Positions 16,729-23,882 of a DNA stretch of 64,000 bases are shown piece by piece. Source of the stretch: Actinomycetota bacterium (lineage in GTDB: Bacteria; Actinomycetota; Actinomycetes; Mycobacteriales; SCTD01). The DNA lies in NCBI GenBank assembly GCA_032230005.1, contig JAVXVI010000013.1:1813-65812 (forward strand), in the 5' to 3' direction. The number at the start of each line of letters is the position of its first letter. Within the stretch, counting starts at the first letter, position 1. The notes under the pieces were generated by a model, which was given only the letters and a program-made list of their open reading frames with translations, was not told the origin of the DNA and did no database searches. Made by a program: the position numbers and the translations under genes.

Positions 16729-17703
16729 TCAGACCTGAGCGAGGCTACGACGCTGCGCCGGAGTGCTACCAGGGAACGGCAGCCGGCTGAGCTCGCCCGA
16801 GGTCGCCGCGCGGCTGCCGAGCACGAGCAGGGTGAGCAGCACGCCGTACACGGGCAGGTGTCCGATCAGCTCTGTGCCACCGAACACGAACAGCGTGGCC
16901 GTGAAGGGAACCGCCGCGACGAGAGCGACGACCTGAGGCGCCGCCCCGGAGAGCACCAGGAGCGCGAAGAGGACCTCGACGCACCCGGCGAAGGTCGCAA
17001 AGGCGTCCGGGCCCACACCGATGGGCGACAGGATGTCGAGGAGCGGCTTCTGCACCAGCATCGCGTGCGCCATCGCCGGGTTCGCGAGCTTCTCGACGAG
17101 GGCCAGCGTGATGAGGGTGCCCGCCGTGCCGACCCGTAGTGCGAGAACTGCCGGCCGCAGGTGCGCGGTGTCCAGGCGAGCCCGGCCGCCCATGGACGGG
17201 CGCGGAGGGACCAGCGTCAGGAACACCGCGATGCCGAGGAGCGCGAGACAGGACAGCAGCGACCTGGTGCCGGCGAGCCACCAGAGCACGGGCCCAGCAA
17301 GGATCACCAGCGACGCCGCAAAGGGGACCGCGTAGCCCGTCAGGAGCAGCAGACCTGCCAGCACCTCCGGGAGCAACAGCAGCGTGTGCGCCGGGTCGTT
17401 CGGCACGATGACGGATGGGTCGAGGACGGCGCGGTCGAAGGCGAGCAGAAGCAGACTCGCCCCGAGGTGGATGGCGAGAAGCCGCGGCACCCAGGGCACG
17501 AAGCGCGCCAGACCGCGCAGCTGGGGCAGCTCCGGGGTCGGCATGCGGCGGGCTGCCAGCCGCCAGGACACAGTCACGACCACCACGAGCGCGAGGCCGA
17601 TCAGCACCGAGGGACGACGCAACTCCTCCCAGCGAACCGGGAAGTCCTCGGGGTGATGCACGAACCACGTCTCATGGACAGGCGGCAGGGCGGTCGGGGT
17701 CAT
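16729..17703 (-). CDS. integral membrane protein, unknown family
   Basis: Starts at ATG 17703 (MTPTALPPVHETWFVHHPEDFPV...). About 8 hydrophobic segments follow. Track ORF 16729..17754. Confidence 0.6.
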   Translation of the reverse strand: MTPTALPPVHETWFVHHPEDFPVRWEELRRPSVLIGLALVVVVTVSWRLAARRMPTPELPQLRGLARFVPWVPRLLAIHLGASLLLLAFDRAVLDPSVIVPNDPAHTLLLLPEVLAGLLLLTGYAVPFAASLVILAGPVLWWLAGTRSLLSCLALLGIAVFLTLVPPRPSMGGRARLDTAHLRPAVLALRVGTAGTLITLALVEKLANPAMAHAMLVQKPLLDILSPIGVGPDAFATFAGCVEVLFALLVLSGAAPQVVALVAAVPFTATLFVFGGTELIGHLPVYGVLLTLLVLGSRAATSGELSRLPFPGSTPAQRRSLAQV

Positions 17704-17796
17704 GGCGCAGCTCCTCGTCGACGTACGACGAGCCTGGCAAAGGACAGTCGACACCGGCAGGTCCTTCTGTCCCGGAACAGCGGGACCAAAGTCCCG

Positions 17797-18744
17797 TCAG
17801 CTGAGAAGGGCGCGCAGCTCCTCGCAGAGGTCCTTGGCGGCGGCCGCCGAGGCCGGCGACCAGGTGCCCATCCCGAAGAACCCGTGGATCAGGCCGTCGT
17901 AGCGATGCAGCACGACCTTGACGCCGGCCGCCTCGAGCGCAGCCGCGTAGGCCTCCCCTTCGTCACGCAGCGGGTCGTACTCACCGGTGCCGATGACCGC
18001 GGGCGGCAACCCGGAGAGGTCCGGCGCGAGGAGCACAGAGGCGCGCGGGTCCTCGCGGTGCGCCTCCTCGGACAGGTAGTGGTTGCTGAACCAGCGCATG
18101 TCCTCGGCGGTGAGGAAAAGGCCCTCGCCGTTCTCGACGCGCGACGGGTGCAGATCCTCGTCCTCGCGGAAGTCGACGCCGGGGTACAGGAGCAGCTGCG
18201 CGGCGAGCTTCGGCCCGCTGTCCTTGCAGGCGAGTGCCACGGCCGCAGCCAGGTTGCCGCCCGCACTGTCGCCCGAGACGGCGATGCGATCGGGGTCGCC
18301 ACCGAGGTCGGCGATGTGCTCGGCGACCCAGCGGGTCGCGGCGAGGCAGTCCTCGAACCCAGCCGGGAACGGGTGGTCCGGAGCCAACCGGTAGTCGACG
18401 CTGACGACGACCGCCTCGACGTCGCGGCAGATCAACCGGGCGTGGTCGTCCTGGGTGTCGAGGTCGCCGATGACGAAGCCGCCGCCGTGGAAGTACACGA
18501 CCGTGGGCACCGGGCCGTCGGCTTCTGGACGGTAGGTCCGGATGGCGATGTCCCCGCCGGGTCCGGGCAGCGTCGCGTCCTCGGTCGACCCGACCTGGGC
18601 GAGCGTCGCTGGGTCGCGCAGTCCGACGGTCATGGTCCGGAAGCCCTCCCGCGCCTGCTCCGGTGTGCCGTTGACCATGGACATGGGCGTGCCGCTGTCG
18701 GCCAGCATCTGCAGGATCGCGGCAACGGGCGGGTCGAGCGGCAT
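17797..18744 (-). CDS. alpha/beta hydrolase, hormone-sensitive-lipase-type esterase
   Basis: Has the oxyanion motif HGGGF (VVYFHGGGFVIGD) and the nucleophile elbow GDSAGG, plus YRLAPDHPFPAG and a C-terminal HGF. Track ORF 17797..19128 was trimmed to ATG 18744 (MPLDPPVAAILQML). Confidence 0.85.
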   Translation of the reverse strand: MPLDPPVAAILQMLADSGTPMSMVNGTPEQAREGFRTMTVGLRDPATLAQVGSTEDATLPGPGGDIAIRTYRPEADGPVPTVVYFHGGGFVIGDLDTQDDHARLICRDVEAVVVSVDYRLAPDHPFPAGFEDCLAATRWVAEHIADLGGDPDRIAVSGDSAGGNLAAAVALACKDSGPKLAAQLLLYPGVDFREDEDLHPSRVENGEGLFLTAEDMRWFSNHYLSEEAHREDPRASVLLAPDLSGLPPAVIGTGEYDPLRDEGEAYAAALEAAGVKVVLHRYDGLIHGFFGMGTWSPASAAAAKDLCEELRALLS

Positions 18745-18830
18745 CGGACCTCCGGAGGGTGGGCTTTGGCGCCCATTGTGCCTGTGGACAACGAGAGCCT
18801 CGTGCACAGATTCGCTGCAAGCATCCCGGT

Positions 18831-19121
18831 ATGCCACAGATCGAGGTAGACCCGGCAGCCCTCGCAGCGACCTCAGCGGCGCTCGCCAGTGCGGCAGCCG
18901 TCGCGCGCGAGGTCCACAAGGGCGCCCGGGTGCTGTCCGATGCTGCCGACGCCGGCGGGAGTGGCGAGCTCGGAGCGGCTCTCGAGGAGTTCCGCTCCAC
19001 GTGGGGCTACGGACTCGGCCTCGTGGTGGACGACGCGACGACGTTGTCGCGGATGCTCTCCCAGGCAGCCGAGGCCTACCGCCGCACGGACGGCGCCGTG
19101 GCCGGCGCCTGCGGTCCATGA
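18831..19121 (+). CDS. WXG100/EspC-like small helical protein (putative T7SS-type secretion partner)
   Basis: 96 aa: MPQIEVDPAALAATSAALASAAAVAREV...LEEFRSTWGYGLGLVVDDATTLSRMLSQAAEAYRRTD. The layout is two predicted helices around a central W-x-G (TWGYG), and the N-terminus resembles EspC/DUF2580-type proteins. Its stop overlaps the next start (ATGA at 19118-19121). Confidence 0.6.
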   Translation: MPQIEVDPAALAATSAALASAAAVAREVHKGARVLSDAADAGGSGELGAALEEFRSTWGYGLGLVVDDATTLSRMLSQAAEAYRRTDGAVAGACGP

Positions 19122-20494
19122 CGGTCACGACCTGCCCGGTGCCGGGCGACCCGGAACGTGTGGAGTGGCTGTCCCGGGAGTACGCCCGCTATGCCGGAGG
19201 TGCGGCGGATGCGGCACGGGAGCTGCGCCGGATCGACACCGGCAGCTGGGTGGGCCCGGCCGGTGACGCGTTCCGGTCGGCCATCGACGAGCTGCCGGCC
19301 AAGCTCGACCGGGGCCAGCAGGCGTTCGCTCGTGCCTCCGCCACCCTGGCCGAGCACGCGCGGGTCCTGCGCGATGCACAGGCCGATGCCTCAGCCGCCG
19401 TACGCCGCGAGGACCAACCCGCAGCCGTCGCAGCGCAGCAGCGGGTTGCGATGTCGGGTCGGCGCGCGGCGCGGGTGCTCGACGACGCCCGACATGGCGC
19501 ACCGCACGAACCGGGGCTGTTCAGCAAGGCGCTGCACGCCGCCGGGTCCTTCCTGGCGGGGGCCGGCGAGGCAACCTGGGGCCTGCTCGAGCTGGGCTAC
19601 AAGACGTCCCTCGCCTCCGCCATGGTCGATCCGGGGGGCTTCCTCGACAACGCCGAGGGCATGGCCAAGGGCATCGGCTACGGCGTCGAGCACCCGAAGG
19701 AGCTCGGCAAGGCGCTGATCGACTACGACACCTGGTCGCACGACCCGGCGCGAGCGCTCGGTCACCTCGTGCCCGACCTGCTCATCACGATCGCCACGGC
19801 CGGCACCGGGGAGGCCGGCGTGGCCGGCGCCCGCGCCGCCCATGGAGCCGAGGTCGTCGAGGGGCTCGCGGTCGCCGGCGAGCGGGGAGCTGGGGCGGCT
19901 GCCCGGGCGGCGGGTCTGTCCGAGGATGCCGCGGCAGCGCTCGAGGCGCGCTTCGGCAGCCCGACCGAAGGAGCTTTGGAGTTCCAGACCCGGGGGGCCT
20001 ACAAGGGTCAGGACCGCTGGTGGGACCGCATCCTCAAGCCGGGTGACACCTTCAGCCTCGGCTCGCCCGGCCGGGGGCAGTTCGCGGCAACACCCGAGTC
20101 GGTCGAGGAGGTGGCCGGCGACGCACGTCGCTACAACGAAGGCCTGCAGGTCCAGTCGCGCAGGGATCCGGTCGACGGCGTCAACCGCTACCGCAGCCAC
20201 CTGGCGACGTACGAGGTCAAGAAGCCGCTGCCGGTCGCCGAGTCGATCGCCGAGGCCAACCCCCGACTGGGTGCCGGCGGGCTCGGGCAGTACTACGTTC
20301 CGGACCTCCTCGACAACCTGATCGCCGAGGGCTACATCAGCGAGCCGACGCTGACCGAGATGACCAACCTGGATGCCGTCATCGGCCCGAAGGGGCTGCC
20401 CGACCCGCGCGTCGTCGCCCTCGCCCAAGCGGCCGAGGCCGGCGGCGGGACACTGGCCGCATCAGGCCTGGCCCGAGCAGGAGGATGTCGATGA
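19118..20494 (+). CDS. polymorphic toxin: N-terminal WXG-like T7SS-targeting domain, G/A-rich linker, C-terminal TNT-like (putative NAD+ glycohydrolase) domain
   Basis: 458 aa.
- The N-terminus GDPERVEWLSREYARYAGGAADAARELRRIDTGSWVGPAGDAFRSAIDELPAKLDRGQQAFARASATLAEHARVLRDAQ has the helix-WxG-helix pattern of actinobacterial 'T7SS-secreted' toxin N-termini.
- Residues 285-415 read ...DRILKPGDTFSLGSPGRGQFAATP...YEVKKPLPVAESIAEAN..GAGGLGQYYVPDLLDNLIAEGYI. This parallels the TNT (PF14021) consensus as I remember it: ..DRyGs..GrF..P.gTpf...Y.V.kPl.V..G.iAPWFgqpGGG.QY......L...G.L.
Track ORF 18542..20494 was trimmed to ATG 19118. Confidence 0.6.
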   Translation: MTVTTCPVPGDPERVEWLSREYARYAGGAADAARELRRIDTGSWVGPAGDAFRSAIDELPAKLDRGQQAFARASATLAEHARVLRDAQADASAAVRREDQPAAVAAQQRVAMSGRRAARVLDDARHGAPHEPGLFSKALHAAGSFLAGAGEATWGLLELGYKTSLASAMVDPGGFLDNAEGMAKGIGYGVEHPKELGKALIDYDTWSHDPARALGHLVPDLLITIATAGTGEAGVAGARAAHGAEVVEGLAVAGERGAGAAARAAGLSEDAAAALEARFGSPTEGALEFQTRGAYKGQDRWWDRILKPGDTFSLGSPGRGQFAATPESVEEVAGDARRYNEGLQVQSRRDPVDGVNRYRSHLATYEVKKPLPVAESIAEANPRLGAGGLGQYYVPDLLDNLIAEGYISEPTLTEMTNLDAVIGPKGLPDPRVVALAQAAEAGGGTLAASGLARAGGCR

Positions 20495-20793
20495 CCGAGC
20501 GGCCGCACATCGACGCCGACCCGGCCGACCCGAACCGGCCCTACACGCACCTGGTGCCGCTGGTGCAGGCGCTCCTCGACCACGGCAACCGGATCGCGCA
20601 CCCAGGCCCCAAGGGGGAGCTGTTCGCGCCGGGCCAAGGCGGCTACGTCGCCTACCTCACGGACCGGCTGGACTGGGACTGGCTGCAGGCGACCTTCGAG
20701 CTGCCGGACCTGCTCCGCTACGAGCCCGGCGACGACGAGATCTACGACCACAAGAACTGGGTCAGCATCCTGGGGTCGCAGCCGCCCGGGTGA
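20491..20793 (+). CDS. putative cognate immunity protein (100 aa, acidic, no recognised family)
   Basis: The ATG at 20491 overlaps the toxin stop (ATGA), and AGGAGG lies at 20479-20484 (6-nt spacing). An alternative ATG at 20485 is possible. Sequence: MTERPHIDADPADPNRPYTHLVPLVQALLDHGNRIAHPGPKGELFAPGQGGYVAYLTDRLDWDWLQATFELPDLLRYEPGDDEIYDHKNWVSILGSQPPG. No signal peptide, so it is probably cytoplasmic. Confidence 0.5.
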   Translation: MTERPHIDADPADPNRPYTHLVPLVQALLDHGNRIAHPGPKGELFAPGQGGYVAYLTDRLDWDWLQATFELPDLLRYEPGDDEIYDHKNWVSILGSQPPG

Positions 20794-20844
20794 CCTGCGT
20801 CACGGCCGAGCAGGAACGCGCGCCGAAACCGCGAAGAAACCTCC

Positions 20845-22377
20845 ATGCGCATCCCCAGTCTCGCCCTGATCAGCGGTACCGCCCTCGTGGCCGGCCTGCT
20901 CGCCGTACCCGCCGTCGGCGCCAGCGCCTCGGCCGCACCCAAGGTGACCAACGCCTGCATCACCTCGGTGCCGGACAAGGACTCCACGACACCGCAGAAG
21001 ATCTGCTACACGCTCTTCCAGCCTGCCGCCGCTGACGCAGGGCACCGCGTCCCGCTCGTCTTCCACTCGCACGGCTGGGGTGGCTCGCGGACGAAGGACG
21101 CTGCGTCGTTCAGCAAGTTCCTGTCGGCGGGCTACGGCGTGCTGTCGTTCGACCAGCGCGGCTTCGGCGAGGACGGCGGCAAGGCGCGCATCGAGAACAT
21201 CGACTACGAGGGCAAGGACGTCGAGAAGCTCGTCGACCTGGTCAGCGCGCTGCCCTGGGTGCAGCAGGACGGCAAGGGCGACCCGCGCATCGGCGCGATC
21301 GGTGGCTCGTACGGCGGCGGCTACCAGTTCGTGGGCGCGTTCCGCGAGCTGCTGGACAAGAAGAAGACCGTCTTCGACGCGCTCGCGCCTGAGATCACCT
21401 GGTGGGATCTCAAGCAGAGCCTGGCTCCGCAGGAGGCCGTCCGCACCGAGTGGGTCTCGCTGCTGTCGGCTGCCGGGGCGCAGGCGCTGCCGAACGAGGC
21501 GCTCGAGGGGACCGCGATCGGTGCCGCGACCGGGTTCTGGCCCAAGGGGCAGGTCCCGGGCACGCCGGACCTCGATGCCTTCTTCCTCAAGAACGGCCCC
21601 GCCTGGAACGTCTCGCAGGGACGCAAGCTCGACATCCCGATGCTCTTCGGTCAGGGCATCACCGACACGCTGTTCCCGCTGCACCAGGGGTTGCAGAACT
21701 TCGCCAAGGCCATCACGCCGGCGGCCCGCGCGAAGAGCATCTTCGTCGGCTACAACGGCGGCCACGTGCTGCCCAACGCGTTCCCGCAGGCAGTCGCGCC
21801 GAGTGATGACCCGTGCAGCAAGCAGCTCGGTGGCGGTTCGTTCGAGGACCTCACGATCAAGTTCTTCGACCACGCGCTCAAGGGCAAGCCGACGACGCTG
21901 AAGGGCTACGGCCAGTACCACCTCGCAACGGCCAACAGCACCTGCACGACGGTCAGCTCGGTGACAGCTAACAAGGTCTTCGAGGTCGGCACGGTCGCGA
22001 CGACGGAGGTGGCCAGCCCCCCGCTGGCCTTCGAGGCAGCCAAGGGCCCGATCCGCATCGCCGGCACGCCGTACCTCGAGGGCACGATGTACGCCGCGGG
22101 CGTCAACAACCGCGCCTTCTACGCCCTCGGCGTCGGCACCTCCCCTGCGGACGCCAAGGTCGTGCAGGGCAACGTGCTGCCGGTCAACGAGCTGCTGCCG
22201 GTGGCCGGCGAGACGCGCAGCATCGAGCTGCCGTCTGTGGCGATCGACGTGCCTGCCGGCCAGTCGCTGTTCGTCATGGCGATGGCCACCAACGACATGT
22301 TCGCCGGCATGGGGAGCCGGACCCCGGGCGCCATCGTGCTGCAGGACGCCTCGGTGCGACTTCCGGTCGTTCGCTAG
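20845..22377 (+). CDS. secreted alpha/beta hydrolase, CocE/NonD / X-Pro dipeptidyl-peptidase (S15)-like
   Basis: Signal peptide MRIPSLALISGTALVAGLLAVPAVGASASA. The hydrolase core shows VPLVFHSHGWGGSR, GYGVLSFDQRGFG, and the nucleophile IGAIGGSYGGGY. A C-terminal beta-sandwich-like region follows. Confidence 0.7.
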   Translation: MRIPSLALISGTALVAGLLAVPAVGASASAAPKVTNACITSVPDKDSTTPQKICYTLFQPAAADAGHRVPLVFHSHGWGGSRTKDAASFSKFLSAGYGVLSFDQRGFGEDGGKARIENIDYEGKDVEKLVDLVSALPWVQQDGKGDPRIGAIGGSYGGGYQFVGAFRELLDKKKTVFDALAPEITWWDLKQSLAPQEAVRTEWVSLLSAAGAQALPNEALEGTAIGAATGFWPKGQVPGTPDLDAFFLKNGPAWNVSQGRKLDIPMLFGQGITDTLFPLHQGLQNFAKAITPAARAKSIFVGYNGGHVLPNAFPQAVAPSDDPCSKQLGGGSFEDLTIKFFDHALKGKPTTLKGYGQYHLATANSTCTTVSSVTANKVFEVGTVATTEVASPPLAFEAAKGPIRIAGTPYLEGTMYAAGVNNRAFYALGVGTSPADAKVVQGNVLPVNELLPVAGETRSIELPSVAIDVPAGQSLFVMAMATNDMFAGMGSRTPGAIVLQDASVRLPVVR

Positions 22378-22380
22378 CGA

Positions 22381-23784
22381 CTAGCGGGCCGTCAGCTCCG
22401 CAGTCGGGAGTGCACCGATGACGGTGTCGGAGACGAGCAGCCGCGGCTTGCCGGCGTAGCCGTAGGCCGCGACCATCCGCGCATCCCACAGCCGCCGGAA
22501 GCTGCCGCCGGACACGACACCGACCTTGTGCGACGGGGTCTGCACCAGGGCGCCGTTGCGGATGGGCAGCGACGTGGGCACATCGGCGGCCGTCGTACGG
22601 CGGTAGCGACTCGTGTCCGTCGTCGGAACCGGATCCGGCACGACCGCCGACGGTGCGATCACCGCGATGTCCTGGCTGGTCCAGCCACGGCTGGCCAGTG
22701 CAGCTGCGTCCACCGAGAGCTGCGTGCCGTCGGCCGTCACGTACTTCACGTCGCTGGTGCCGTCGACGCGGACGAGGGCACCCGGATAGAGCGGGCTGTC
22801 CGGGACGACGTCCGACACGGGCAGCGACGCAAGGTCGGCATCCGTCGCCGGCCAGACCCGTGGCGCCGGCCGGCCGAGAGCAGTCAGCTGGTCGGGGGTC
22901 ACGGCCACACGGGAGCCGCCGGTGATGAGCCAGAGAGCACCGGCAGCGTCCTGCGCGATGGTGCCGTCGCGGAGGACGACGGGCGGCTGCGAGCCGTAGC
23001 CCAGCGACTCGCCGGCGGTCATCGGCACGGCGGAGGCCTCGGACAGGCCGTTGGCAGCGAGCACCGTCGGGGAGATCGGGCGCTTGGTCGTGCCGTCGAC
23101 GAGGAACAGCGAGCCGTTGGGGTGCCGCAGCAGCGTGCCGTCCGGGTGCGGACCGCTGGGGGTCGGCGCCGCGATGTGACGGGCCGCCTTCAGCGACGGG
23201 AATGCGTTGTAGACGATCCCGCCCCAGCCGGAGCCCTTGCGCAGCTCGAAGTGCAGGTGCGGGCCGGTGCTCTCGGCGTCGCCGGAGTCACCACGCCATG
23301 CGACCAGCTGACCGGCGAGGACGCGAGCACCCTCCGCGATGCCGGCCGGGAAGGACCACGCGGCCGTGCCCTTGCCGTCGTCGGTGCCGGGGGTGTCGTT
23401 GTTGACGTGGATGTAGATCGCCGTCCAGCCCGCGGCGGGACCACGGTCGGCGGTGATCGCGACGTAGTTGCCGCCGCCCGGCGCGCTCTCGCGCTTCAGC
23501 GAGGTGACGACTCCGTCGAACGCCGCGACCAGCGGGGTCATCTTCGCGCCCATCAGGTCCTGACCCATGTGGTGGCGCGCGCAGCCCGACCGGCAGGCCA
23601 GGAAGGTGTCGGTGTAGGACGTGTTGGACGCCGGCCCGGCGACCGGGAACAGGATCGGCACCACGACCTTGGCGGAGTCCTCGTACGACGCGCCGCTGCT
23701 GTCGGTGGCGACGGCAGCCAGTGCGGGCGCGGCGATCCCCACCGCCGCGAGCAGGGCGACGGCGAGGGCAAGGCGGGGGCGCAT
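22381..23784 (-). CDS. secreted M23 family metallopeptidase with four C-terminal ~50-aa repeats
   Basis: Trimmed from the 882-aa track ORF to ATG 23784 (MRPRLALAVALLAAVGIAAPALA signal). M23 motifs are present: HHMGQD (HxxxD) and GPHLHFE (HxH). The C-terminal residues 214-462 hold four degenerate repeats of the form [DN]G[TA]L..-x-V..G..R.V-x-L...G. Confidence 0.8.
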   Translation of the reverse strand: MRPRLALAVALLAAVGIAAPALAAVATDSSGASYEDSAKVVVPILFPVAGPASNTSYTDTFLACRSGCARHHMGQDLMGAKMTPLVAAFDGVVTSLKRESAPGGGNYVAITADRGPAAGWTAIYIHVNNDTPGTDDGKGTAAWSFPAGIAEGARVLAGQLVAWRGDSGDAESTGPHLHFELRKGSGWGGIVYNAFPSLKAARHIAAPTPSGPHPDGTLLRHPNGSLFLVDGTTKRPISPTVLAANGLSEASAVPMTAGESLGYGSQPPVVLRDGTIAQDAAGALWLITGGSRVAVTPDQLTALGRPAPRVWPATDADLASLPVSDVVPDSPLYPGALVRVDGTSDVKYVTADGTQLSVDAAALASRGWTSQDIAVIAPSAVVPDPVPTTDTSRYRRTTAADVPTSLPIRNGALVQTPSHKVGVVSGGSFRRLWDARMVAAYGYAGKPRLLVSDTVIGALPTAELTAR

Positions 23785-23882
23785 GAAAGACGTCCTTGTG
23801 CGATCGGAGAGCGAGTTGTCCGTTTCCTCGACCTCGTCCGGGTACCGCCGGTCACCCGATCGGGTGACACAGGCACGCCGAT

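Noticed and set aside
18831-20793. Complete type VII (ESX) secretion locus
   Set aside because: Only the substrate-like genes are present. No EccB/C/D/E, MycP or an FtsK/SpoIIIE-type ATPase is encoded anywhere in the 64 kb.
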